DNA of 64,000 nucleotides, from the NCBI GenBank assembly GCA_029978085.1, contig JAPOJV010000001.1, forward strand, positions 2,110 to 66,109. Direction: 5' to 3'. Below the pieces are notes generated by a model that did no database searches, was not told where the DNA came from, and was given only the letters and a program-made list of their open reading frames with translations. Within the stretch, counting starts at the first letter, position 1; the number at the start of each line of letters is the position of its first letter. This document shows, in pieces, positions 1 to 8,239 of the stretch. Source of the stretch: a bacterium. GTDB lineage: Bacteria > Planctomycetota > Planctomycetia > Pirellulales > UBA1268. The translations under genes were made by a program, and so were the position numbers.

Positions 1-416
1 ACGCTTGTTTTGACGCGGTGGAACGTCTTGGCTTCCACAGCATTCGCGATCGGGGCGCTGAGAAGCTCGAGGAACCAGTCGGCGCCGGCCCGAGGCCCAG
101 GCGGCTCGAGACGGATCAACGGCAGCTTGTCGTCAGGCGTGTGCTCGTCTCCCGGTGCAGACCATTCACCCTTCTTGCGGGGCTGCCACGTTGCCTTCAG
201 CAAACGTTCGGTCACCTGCCCTGCGGTTACCACAGCTTTCGCATGTGGCGAAAACATGCAATCGACATCCTTCGTGCGGATGCTTCGCTGGCCATCGTCC
301 GAGAAGAAGTGGTACCCCGCAGCGAGGCTCCCGATGATGATGACGTTCTGCCGGCAATCGCCTGGGAGGGCGGCGGATATCCGGGCCATCACGGCGTCGG
401 GCGTAAGCGGTGTCAT
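1..416 (-). CDS. Nucleotidyltransferase-fold protein, N-terminal part only (gene runs off the left edge)
   Basis: Absent from the ORF track because there is no stop codon in the window. My translation of the minus strand from ATG 416-414 reads MTPLTPDAVMARISAALPGDCRQNVIIIGSLAAGYHFFSDDGQRSIRTKDVDCMFSPHAK... The G-S...D-x-D spacing is typical of pol-beta-type nucleotidyltransferases. There is an ATGA start/stop overlap with the upstream gene (stop 415-413). Confidence 0.6.
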   Translation of the reverse strand, partial: MTPLTPDAVMARISAALPGDCRQNVIIIGSLAAGYHFFSDDGQRSIRTKDVDCMFSPHAKAVVTAGQVTERLLKATWQPRKKGEWSAPGDEHTPDDKLPLIRLEPPGPRAGADWFLELLSAPIANAVEAKTFHRVKTS

Positions 417-1507
417 GCGACAGGCCTGCCTTGCTCTCCGATCCGCTGCATGTGGTCGGCCATCTCCGATGCCTCGCGGATGAAGCCCATCTCGACGAGG
501 TCCGCCAAGCACTCGAGTTCACCGGCCCACTGACCTTGTCTTCGGGATCCCACGGCTGGGATGGCCGGCGGGTCGCGAGTGACATGCACAGCGAGCGCGA
601 CCCGCTGCTCCGCCTTCGTCTTGGGGCGCAACCCAGCATCGATCAGTTCGACAATCTGCGCTGGATCTCCATCGATGGACAGGTCGAGTCGCGGCGCAGC
701 CGTGATGTCTAAATCCGGAAAGTGCCTTGATGCGCCCAAAACACCGCCGATGCGGATCGTTCGTGGAAGCTTGCCCGCCCCTTGGAGTCGGACAAGACGT
801 TTGGACATGCGTTCGGCTGAGGTGTGGCCGGTCGGGTCGGTGAACAAGTGGACCTTGCGCAACCGGGCATGGTCACGTGCCAATTCCATCCATTCCCCAC
901 TGGTGAGCTGTCGCATCCGAACACCACGCTCACCACGGTCTTCCAGCCAGCCCTTGTCGCTGAGCTCCTTGAGCACCGACGCCACGGTTGGGTAACTCAC
1001 GCCGCATGTTTCCTGCAGGCGCTTGACCGTCACGGGCGGCTGGTTCCGCAGGCGAAGCTGCGCCAACGTGGCGACGACAATCTGCCGCGGCGGCAATTGC
1101 GGCGAGTGACCGCGCAGGCGTTCGGTCGCCACCAGTTCGTCGAGCCACGCGTGGAATTCATCGGGCACGTCATGGAGCGGCCCGCTGAATGCAGCCACAT
1201 TGCGGCTCCGATCGCCCTTGTCCAGCAGGCAATGGATTCGACTGGCGAGTTCGGGGCGGAGTACGCCTTGAACCCGCTGCAGTTCTTCCTCCAACCGGCC
1301 CGGAGACAGACGCGAGCCGACGAGCACGCACACAGCCCTGCAGCCCACCTGTTCGCCATGCAGAAGGGTGGCGAGTGCTACAAGCGCACCCCGCACGTCC
1401 CGCATGCTGTTGGTCCGCGTGACCTCCACCAGAATCGGACCGGTAGGGCCTTCCCACCTGCCGTCTGCTCGGTAACGGCCTTCGGTGTTGACGTCGCGAC
1501 TCTTCAT
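413..1507 (-). CDS. Hypothetical protein with a central winged-helix/HTH-like segment
   Basis: 364-aa ORF. The segment VTVKRLQETCGVSYPTVASVLKELSDKGWLE looks like a wHTH. The C-terminal IRIGGVLGASRHFPDLDI resembles a degenerate NTase patch. Translationally coupled to the downstream NTase gene. Confidence 0.55.
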   Translation of the reverse strand: MKSRDVNTEGRYRADGRWEGPTGPILVEVTRTNSMRDVRGALVALATLLHGEQVGCRAVCVLVGSRLSPGRLEEELQRVQGVLRPELASRIHCLLDKGDRSRNVAAFSGPLHDVPDEFHAWLDELVATERLRGHSPQLPPRQIVVATLAQLRLRNQPPVTVKRLQETCGVSYPTVASVLKELSDKGWLEDRGERGVRMRQLTSGEWMELARDHARLRKVHLFTDPTGHTSAERMSKRLVRLQGAGKLPRTIRIGGVLGASRHFPDLDITAAPRLDLSIDGDPAQIVELIDAGLRPKTKAEQRVALAVHVTRDPPAIPAVGSRRQGQWAGELECLADLVEMGFIREASEMADHMQRIGEQGRPVA

Positions 1508-1696
1508 TCACTTGCAACATTAACACGCAAGTTGCGACTAAGCAATCAGCCGGAGACTCGGACCGACGGCAGATCGCGACGAAAACCCTCCGGCGGGCCG
1601 TGCGGCGGTTTTGTCCCCGCCCGAACCGCGGCCGGAATGGTCCACCTCGTCGGCCGCGGGTCGGGTCTGTATAACTTTGACGGTTGAATCGGTAAG

Positions 1697-1726
1697 AGCC
1701 GGCGGGCCAGAGCCCCCGGCTTTTTT
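1697..1726 (+). terminator. Intrinsic-terminator-like hairpin plus T6 tract in the region upstream of nuoA
   Basis: AGCCGGCGGGC-caga-GCCCCCGGCT forms about 10 GC-rich base pairs with one bulge, followed by TTTTTT (1721-1726). No plus-strand gene lies upstream of it. Confidence 0.45.
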
Positions 1727-1735
1727 AGGCCGCTA

Positions 1736-1757
1736 CTTCGTGACAGATTTCACGAAG
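1736..1757. promoter_or_regulatory. Perfect palindrome CTTCGTGA-N6-TCACGAAG (Crp/Fnr-type GTGA-N6-TCAC core), 84 nt upstream of the nuoA ATG
   Basis: 8-bp perfect arms read directly from the sequence. The core spacing matches the TGTGA-N6-TCACA class of sites. Confidence 0.3.
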
Positions 1758-1840
1758 TGGCTTCCTACGGCCGATTTTCCCACTTCCGGGGTTCGGCCAG
1801 GCCTCGGCCGGAGCCCGCTGACCACATTTCGAGCCCCGCC

Positions 1841-2236
1841 ATGGACGCCATCCTCCCGGTCCTGCTGTTCGTCGCGATCGCGGCCGCCGTTTCCGTGGGC
1901 CTGGTGGTTTTCGCGCAGCTCGTCGGCCCCAAGCGGTCGGGGGCCGTGAAAGAGATGCCGTACGAGAGCGGCATGGATCCGATCCACGACACGCGGCGGC
2001 GATTCGACGTCCGCTTCCACCTCGTGGCAATCACGTTCCTGGTGTTCGACGTCGAACTCCTGTTCCTCTATCCATGGGCAGTCGCCAGCCGATCGCAGGC
2101 CGGCGTCGATGCGGCAGTGGCCGGCGGCCTGGTCTCGTCCCGTGGGCTCGTGTTCGCCGGTGCGATGCTGTTCATCGCATTGGTGATCGTGGGCTTTGCT
2201 TATGACTGGCGCAAGGGGGTGTTCCGATGGCGGTAA
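1841..2236 (+). CDS. nuoA: NADH-quinone oxidoreductase subunit A
   Basis: ORF 1757..2236 trimmed to ATG 1841 (MDAILPVLLF...). ND3/NuoA motifs PYESGMDP and FDVELLFLYPW. First gene of the nuo cluster. Confidence 0.9.
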   Translation: MDAILPVLLFVAIAAAVSVGLVVFAQLVGPKRSGAVKEMPYESGMDPIHDTRRRFDVRFHLVAITFLVFDVELLFLYPWAVASRSQAGVDAAVAGGLVSSRGLVFAGAMLFIALVIVGFAYDWRKGVFRWR

Positions 2237-2856
2237 ACGATTCGCCGAAGCTCGAACTGCCCGAGAACGTGTTCGTCAGCAAGCTCGACGAGCTGGCCAG
2301 CTGGTGCCGGAAAAACAGTCTCTGGCCGATGCCCTTTGCCACGGCCTGCTGCGGCATCGAGCTGATGGCCACGGGTGCGAGCAAGCACGATCTCGCCCGA
2401 TTCGGCGCCGAGGTGTTCCGGTTCAGCCCGCGGCAGTGCGATCTCATGATCGTGGCCGGCCGCGTGGTGATGAAGATGCTGCCGGTGCTCCAGCGGATCT
2501 GGCAGCAGATGCACGAGCCCAAGTGGTGCATCTCCATGGGCGCCTGTGCGAGCACCGGCGGCGTGTTCGACACGTACGCCGTCGTGCAGGGCATCGATCG
2601 CTTCATCCCGGTTGACATGTACGTGCCCGGCTGCCCGCCGCGGCCCGAGCAGCTCATCCAGGCGATCATCGACCTGCAGGACAAGATTCAGCGCGAGGGC
2701 ACGATCACCGGTCGCGAGTTCGACACGGCCGGCCGGCAGGCCCGCAAGCGGGCCCTGGTGGAGATCACGTCGCCGCTCTCGATCGATGCCTCCCGCAACC
2801 CCGTTCTCCAGCGCGAGCTCGCCGCGGCCGCCGAGGCGATCGGCCCCCGCACCTGA
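2227..2856 (+). CDS. nuoB: NADH-quinone oxidoreductase subunit B
   Basis: Cluster N2 cysteine motifs: ATACCGIELMA, CISMGACASTGG and GCPPRPE. Confidence 0.95.
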   Translation: MAVNDSPKLELPENVFVSKLDELASWCRKNSLWPMPFATACCGIELMATGASKHDLARFGAEVFRFSPRQCDLMIVAGRVVMKMLPVLQRIWQQMHEPKWCISMGACASTGGVFDTYAVVQGIDRFIPVDMYVPGCPPRPEQLIQAIIDLQDKIQREGTITGREFDTAGRQARKRALVEITSPLSIDASRNPVLQRELAAAAEAIGPRT

Positions 2857-2901
2857 TCAACGTTCCAGCGTTCACCCCCTCGATCCCGCACCCACCCCTT
2901 C

Positions 2902-3411
2902 ATGCCGCACACGCCCCCTGCCGTTGACGACGTGGTCGCCGCGCTCGCCGAGCGTTTCGGGCCCGTGGATCCGTCGGTCTATCGCGGTCAGACCCGCGTG
3001 GTGCTCCCGGCTGCCGCGGCCTTCGACGCCCTCCGGCTGTTGAAGGACCGCGGCTTCGACCTGCTCGTCGACGTCACGTGCGTCGACTACCTGGAGTACA
3101 AGGGCGCGAAGCACCGCTACGGGCTCGTCTATCTCCTCGCGAACACGGCCACCAATCAGCGGCTCACCGTCCGCGTGTTCGTCGACGACCCCGAGCCCAC
3201 GGTGCCGAGCGTCGTATCGCTCTGGGAGGGCGCGAACTGGCTGGAGCGTGAAGTCTGGGATCTCTTCGGCATCCGCTTCGAGGGCCACCCCGACCTCCGC
3301 CGGCTCGTGATGCCCGAGGAGTTCACCGCCCACCCGCTGCGGAAGGACTACCCGCTCCAGGGCCGCGGCGAACGCCACAACTTCCCCGTCATCACCCGGG
3401 ACCACAGCTAG
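2902..3411 (+). CDS. nuoC: NADH-quinone oxidoreductase subunit C
   Basis: 30-kDa subunit signature WEGANWLEREVWDLFGIRFEGHPDLRR. Confidence 0.93.
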   Translation: MPHTPPAVDDVVAALAERFGPVDPSVYRGQTRVVLPAAAAFDALRLLKDRGFDLLVDVTCVDYLEYKGAKHRYGLVYLLANTATNQRLTVRVFVDDPEPTVPSVVSLWEGANWLEREVWDLFGIRFEGHPDLRRLVMPEEFTAHPLRKDYPLQGRGERHNFPVITRDHS

Positions 3412-3414
3412 CCC

Positions 3415-4653
3415 ATGTCGATCGCCCCCGCCGAATTCGACGTCACGAGCCGCGGCCCCGAGGCGGGCGCGCGGAGCGAGGACTATCTCTGGACGCTCAA
3501 CTTCGGACCGCAGCATCCCGCCACCCACACGACGCTCCGGCTCGTACTCAAGCTCGAGGGGGAGCGGGTGGTCGATGCGATGCCGGAGATGGGCTACCTC
3601 CACTCGGGCTTCGAGAAGATCGGCGAGCACCTCACGTTCAACCAATACGTGACGGTGACCGATCGGATGAACTACATCTCGCCGATCGCCAACAACGTGG
3701 CCTGGCACCATGCCGTCGAGGCCCTGCTCGGCATCGAGCTCACGCCGCGGTGCCGCTATATCCGCACGATCGTCGCCGAGTTGGCCCGGATCAGTGACCA
3801 CCTGCTCTCGAACGGCGCGGTGGGGCTCGACACGGGGGCGTTCACGTTCTTCCTCTACGCCTTCTACCAGCGTGAGGTGATCTACGACATCTTCGAGACG
3901 CTGTGCGGGGCCCGGTTCACCAACTCCTACACCCGCGTCGGCGGCGTGTCGCAGGACTTCACGCCGCTGGTGATCGAGAAGATCCGGGCGTTCATCAAGA
4001 CCTTTCCGAAGACGCTCGACGACATGGAGCGGCTGCTCACGCGGAACCGCATCTTCGTCGATCGCACGAAGGGCGTGGGCGTGCTCACGAAGGAAGAAGC
4101 GATCAATCGCAGCGCCACGGGCCCCGTGGCCCGGGCCAGTGGCGTGACCCGCGACCTCCGCAAGGACGAGCCCTATCTCGCCTACGCCGACCTCGACTTC
4201 AAGGTGGCCTGCGCGAGCGCCGGTGATTGCTACGCCCGCTATCTCGTGCGGATGCAGGAGATGCGGGAGAGCCTGAAGATCGTCGCCCAGGCCCTGGAAA
4301 ATCTGCCGAGCGGCCCGGTGAACGTGGGCATCGACCAGCGGACGGCCCTGCCGACCAAGAAGCAGGTCTATTCGACGATCGAGGGCACGATCTCCCACTT
4401 CGAGCTGTCGATGGCCAATCGCGGCTTCGACGTGCCGTTCGAGGAGTCGTACGCCGCGATCGAGGCGCCCAACGGCGAACTTGGCTTCTACATCGTGGGG
4501 GACGGCGACGACACGGCCTACCGGGCCCGCTGCCGCCCGCCGAGCGTGCTGCACTTCGCCCTGTTTCCGTTCCTGATCCGCGGCCACACGCTTTCCGACG
4601 TGGTGGCCGTGCTCGGCAGCCTCAACATCATCGCCGCGGAGCTCGACCGATGA
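3415..4653 (+). CDS. nuoD: NADH-quinone oxidoreductase subunit D
   Basis: 49-kDa subunit: LNFGPQHPATHTTLRLVL, C-terminal LGSLNIIAAELDR. Confidence 0.95.
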   Translation: MSIAPAEFDVTSRGPEAGARSEDYLWTLNFGPQHPATHTTLRLVLKLEGERVVDAMPEMGYLHSGFEKIGEHLTFNQYVTVTDRMNYISPIANNVAWHHAVEALLGIELTPRCRYIRTIVAELARISDHLLSNGAVGLDTGAFTFFLYAFYQREVIYDIFETLCGARFTNSYTRVGGVSQDFTPLVIEKIRAFIKTFPKTLDDMERLLTRNRIFVDRTKGVGVLTKEEAINRSATGPVARASGVTRDLRKDEPYLAYADLDFKVACASAGDCYARYLVRMQEMRESLKIVAQALENLPSGPVNVGIDQRTALPTKKQVYSTIEGTISHFELSMANRGFDVPFEESYAAIEAPNGELGFYIVGDGDDTAYRARCRPPSVLHFALFPFLIRGHTLSDVVAVLGSLNIIAAELDR

Positions 4654-5147
4654 TCGCCCCCAAGCGCGTGCTCACCGACGAGATGGTGGCCAAGATCGAG
4701 GCGCTCGCGCCGCGGTACCCGAACCGCCGCGCCCTCACACTGCCCGCCCTCCACATCGTGAACGCCGAACTCCGGCACGTGCCGCTCGAGGCGGTGGTCG
4801 AGATCGCCCAGGTGCTGGGGCTCGCGCCGGCCGAGGTGCAGGACACACTCACCTTCTATCAGTTCTTCCATCAGGAAAAGCCCCACGGCACAGTGCGTGC
4901 CTTCGTCTGCCGCTCGGTCTCCTGCGCACTCCGCGGTGGCGATCACCTGCTCGAGCATCTCTGCAAGAAAAACGGCGTCGAGCCGTACGGCACGACACCA
5001 GACGGCAGCCTGACGATCGAGCCGGCGGAGTGCCTGGGAGCCTGCGACTTTGCCCCCTGCATCCTCGCCAACGACGACCTCCTCAAGAACATGACGCCCG
5101 AGGCCGCCGAGGCCGAGCTCAAGAAGCCCCGTGCGAGGGCCACCTGA
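4650..5147 (+). CDS. nuoE: NADH-quinone oxidoreductase subunit E
   Basis: ORF 4227..5147 trimmed to ATG 4650 (ATGA overlap with the nuoD stop). 2Fe-2S cysteines CRSVSC...ECLGACDFAPC. Confidence 0.92.
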   Translation: MIAPKRVLTDEMVAKIEALAPRYPNRRALTLPALHIVNAELRHVPLEAVVEIAQVLGLAPAEVQDTLTFYQFFHQEKPHGTVRAFVCRSVSCALRGGDHLLEHLCKKNGVEPYGTTPDGSLTIEPAECLGACDFAPCILANDDLLKNMTPEAAEAELKKPRARAT

Positions 5148-5148
5148 C

Positions 5149-6504
5149 ATGACTCCGTTCAAGCCCGTCCTGCTCGAAGCCGTCGGCGTGCCCGATGGCC
5201 ACTCCATCGCGAGCTACAAGAGCCGCGGCGGCTACGCCCCGCTGGAGAAGGTGCTCGCGGAGAAGCAGCCGGTCGACGTGGTCGAGATGGTGAAGTCGTC
5301 GGGCCTCCGTGGCCGCGGCGGCGCCGGCTTCTCGACCGGCCTCAAGTGGACGTTCCTGCCGAAGGACCATCCCGGGCCGATCTATCTCTGCGTCAACGCC
5401 GACGAGAGCGAGCCGGGCACATTCAACAACCGGATCCTGATGGAGGACGACCCGCATCAGGTGATCGAGGGAATCATCCTCTCCTCGTATGCCACGCGGG
5501 CCTCCACGGCCTACATCTACCTGCGGTACGAGTATCCGCAGAGCTGGCATCGTCTCCAGGCCGCCATCGACGAGGCGTATGCCGCCGGCTACCTCGGGAA
5601 GAACATCCGGGGCACGACCTTCTCGCTCGACATCTACCTGCATCGCGGCGCGGCCGCCTACATCTGCGGCGAGGAGACGGGGCTGATCGAGAGCCTCGAG
5701 GGCAAGCGGGCCTGGCCGCGGATCAAGCCGCCGTTTCCGGCGATTGAGGGGCTGTTCCGTAAGCCGACGGTCGTCAACAACATCGAGACGATGGCCTGCG
5801 TGGCCCAGATCGCCCGCCGCGGCGTCGACTGGTTCAAGTCGATCGGCGTGCCGGCCGACCCTGCCAATCCCCGCGACCCCGGCTCCTACGGCCCGAAGCT
5901 CTACTGCCTCTCGGGCCACGTGGAGAAGCCGGGCTGCTACGAGGCGCCGCTCGGCATCACCGCGCGGCAGCTGATCGACCAGTTCGGTGGCGGCGTCTGG
6001 AAGGGTCGCAAGGCGAAGGCCGTGATCCCCGGCGGCATCTCGATGGGCCTGATGACGGAGAGTGAGCTCGACACGCCGCTCGACTTCGCCGGCCCGGGCA
6101 AGGTGGGCTGTCTCGGCCTCGGCACCGCGGCCGTCGTCGTGATCGACGACGAGACCAGCATCGTCGACTTCCTCCACAACTCCTGCCGGTTCTTCGCCCA
6201 CGAGTCGTGCGGCCAGTGCACGCCCTGCCGCGAGGGCACGAGCTGGAGCCTGCGGATGCTCGAACGGATCAAGGCCGGCCAAGGCCGCCTCCGGGATCTC
6301 GACCTCTTGCTCGAGATCGGCACCACGATGGGCATGATGCCGGGCAGCACGATCTGTGGTCTGGCCGACGGCGCCGCCTGGCCGATCAAGAACGCGATCA
6401 AGAAGTTCCGCGGCGAGTTCGAAGACTACATCAAGCGGACCAATCCCTCGGGCTGGATGGTCACCGACCCCGTGCCCGCCCTGCAGATCGTCGGAGCCCA
6501 CTGA
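5149..6504 (+). CDS. nuoF: NADH-quinone oxidoreductase subunit F
   Basis: ATG 5149 (MTPFKPVLLE). GLRGRGGAGFSTGLKW FMN/NADH site and the ESCGQCTPCREG 4Fe-4S motif. Confidence 0.95.
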   Translation: MTPFKPVLLEAVGVPDGHSIASYKSRGGYAPLEKVLAEKQPVDVVEMVKSSGLRGRGGAGFSTGLKWTFLPKDHPGPIYLCVNADESEPGTFNNRILMEDDPHQVIEGIILSSYATRASTAYIYLRYEYPQSWHRLQAAIDEAYAAGYLGKNIRGTTFSLDIYLHRGAAAYICGEETGLIESLEGKRAWPRIKPPFPAIEGLFRKPTVVNNIETMACVAQIARRGVDWFKSIGVPADPANPRDPGSYGPKLYCLSGHVEKPGCYEAPLGITARQLIDQFGGGVWKGRKAKAVIPGGISMGLMTESELDTPLDFAGPGKVGCLGLGTAAVVVIDDETSIVDFLHNSCRFFAHESCGQCTPCREGTSWSLRMLERIKAGQGRLRDLDLLLEIGTTMGMMPGSTICGLADGAAWPIKNAIKKFRGEFEDYIKRTNPSGWMVTDPVPALQIVGAH

Positions 6505-6505
6505 T

Positions 6506-6587
6506 GAAAAAGGTGCCAGCCACCATTTTCGCGAAAGCCTCCGCCACGCTGAGCCGCCCCATGAAAATGGTGGCTGGCACCTTTTTC
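6506..6587. repeat. Inverted repeat, copy 1: 25-bp perfect arms, 32-bp spacer, filling the nuoF-nuoG gap
   Basis: GAAAAAGGTGCCAGCCACCATTTTC (6506-6530) pairs with GAAAATGGTGGCTGGCACCTTTTTC (6563-6587). The same 16-nt core occurs at 23922 and 54720. Confidence 0.9.
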
Positions 6588-6601
6588 GTCGGAGTTCGTT
6601 C

Positions 6602-8239
6602 ATGCCCGTAGTCATCGTCGATGGACAAGAGATCGAGATCGGAGCCGACGAGCGGCTCAACTGCATCGAGGCTGCGCGGCGGGCGGGCAAGGAGATTCCG
6701 CACTACTGCTGGCATCCGGGCCTCTCCGTCGTGGCCAGCTGCAGGATGTGCCTGATCGAGACGGGCCAGCGCGATGCCGCCACCGGCAAGGTCACGATGG
6801 TGCCGAAGCTCGTGCCCGGCTGCCAGACGCCGGTCAAGGACGGCACGGTGATCGTCACCGAGAGCCAGCTCGTGAAGGACAGCCGCGCCCGGGTCGAAGA
6901 GGCGCTCCTCATCGATCATCCGATCGACTGTCCGATCTGCGACAAGGCGGGCGAGTGCCTGCTCCAGGACTACCACTTCGAGCACGGCCAGGCCGAGCGG
7001 CGGGCCGATCTCCATCCATTCACGAGCCGCAAGCGGGACGTCGGCCCCACGGTCACGCTGTTCGTCGATCGCTGCATCATGTGCACCCGGTGCGTGCGGT
7101 TCACCCGCGAGGTGTCAGGCACGTCGGAGTTGATGGTCACGTCCCGTGGCGCAAAGGAAGAAATCGACGTCTTCCCCGGGTTCCCGCTCGACAACAAGCT
7201 CGCCGGCAACGTGGTCGATCTCTGCCCGGTCGGTGCGCTCGGCGACAAGGACTTCCTCTATCAGCAGCGGGTCTGGTTCCTGAAGCGGGAGGCGAACGTC
7301 TGCGGCGGCTGCTCGGCAGGCTGCTCGATCCACACCGAACACAACCAAGACACGGTCTACCGGCTCAAGCCCCGCGAGAACCCGCACGTCAACACCTGGT
7401 GGATGTGCGACGACGGCCGCTACGGCTGGCACCACCTCCACGATCAGTCGCGGGTGCTCGCCGCCGGCCGGCGGCGCGATCTCCGTGGCAACGGCCACGG
7501 CACGCCGGGCGATGCCTTCGAGACGATCGAGTGGGCCGACGTCGTGACGCGGCTCCGCGATGACCTCAAGGCCGCGGGCCGTCTCGCAGTGGCCGTCTCG
7601 CCGATGCTCACGGTCGAAGAGGCCTGGATGCTCTGTGCGATCGCCCGCTCGATCGATCCGGAAGCGTTCCTGTCCCTCGGCCACGTGCCCGTGGTCGGGG
7701 CCGATGAAACCTTCCCCGGCGGCTTCACGATCCGCGCCGAGAAGTGCCCCAACCGCAAGGGTGTCGAGGAAGTGCTCGCCCTCTACGGCGCCGGTGGCCG
7801 CTCGTGGGATGACCTCGTGGCCCATGTCGCCGCCGGCAAGGCCGACGCCGCCTGGGTGACCGGCGGCTATCCGACGCCCTGGATCGACGACGCGACCGCT
7901 GCATCCTTCGCCGATCTCACGTGCCTCGTGGTGCAGGACCTCTTCGAGTCGCCGCTCATGAAGCTCGCCACCTGGCGGCTGCCGGCAGCGGGCTTCGCGG
8001 AGCGGGCCGGCACCTGGGTGAACGTGGCCCACCATGCCCAGAGCTTCGGCCAGGCGATCAAGCCGCCGGCCGGCGTCTGGCCCGAAGGGCGGCTGTTCTG
8101 GAACATGCTCGGCCGCCGCGGCCTCTATGACCCCGTCGGCGTGCGGCAGCAGATCGCCGGGTCGGCCGCCCCCTTCGCCGCGCTCGCCGGCGACGTGCCG
8201 GCCACCGGTGTGGACCTTCGCGTGAGGCAGCTCGCATGA
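6602..8239 (+). CDS. nuoG: NADH-quinone oxidoreductase subunit G (short form, 545 aa)
   Basis: ORF 6356..8239 trimmed to ATG 6602 (MPVVIVDGQEIEI), with GGAG 10 nt upstream. Fe-S motifs CRMCLIE, HPIDCPICDKAGECLLQD and CIMCTRCVRF. Confidence 0.92.
   Translation: MPVVIVDGQEIEIGADERLNCIEAARRAGKEIPHYCWHPGLSVVASCRMCLIETGQRDAATGKVTMVPKLVPGCQTPVKDGTVIVTESQLVKDSRARVEEALLIDHPIDCPICDKAGECLLQDYHFEHGQAERRADLHPFTSRKRDVGPTVTLFVDRCIMCTRCVRFTREVSGTSELMVTSRGAKEEIDVFPGFPLDNKLAGNVVDLCPVGALGDKDFLYQQRVWFLKREANVCGGCSAGCSIHTEHNQDTVYRLKPRENPHVNTWWMCDDGRYGWHHLHDQSRVLAAGRRRDLRGNGHGTPGDAFETIEWADVVTRLRDDLKAAGRLAVAVSPMLTVEEAWMLCAIARSIDPEAFLSLGHVPVVGADETFPGGFTIRAEKCPNRKGVEEVLALYGAGGRSWDDLVAHVAAGKADAAWVTGGYPTPWIDDATAASFADLTCLVVQDLFESPLMKLATWRLPAAGFAERAGTWVNVAHHAQSFGQAIKPPAGVWPEGRLFWNMLGRRGLYDPVGVRQQIAGSAAPFAALAGDVPATGVDLRVRQLA

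Noticed and set aside
2872-4587. 571-aa minus-strand ORF covering nuoC/nuoD
   Set aside because: It is antisense to two genes with unmistakable NuoC/NuoD motifs. Its translation is Arg/Gly/Glu/His-rich with no motif. This is a typical shadow ORF in a high-GC genome with few stop codons.
6571-6590. TGGCAC in the inverted-repeat arms as a sigma-54 -24 element
   Set aside because: The spacing to the expected -12 TTGC is not satisfied (TTCG, TTCA and TTAA in the three copies). In addition, the motif is part of a symmetric arm and so also occurs in the non-productive orientation.
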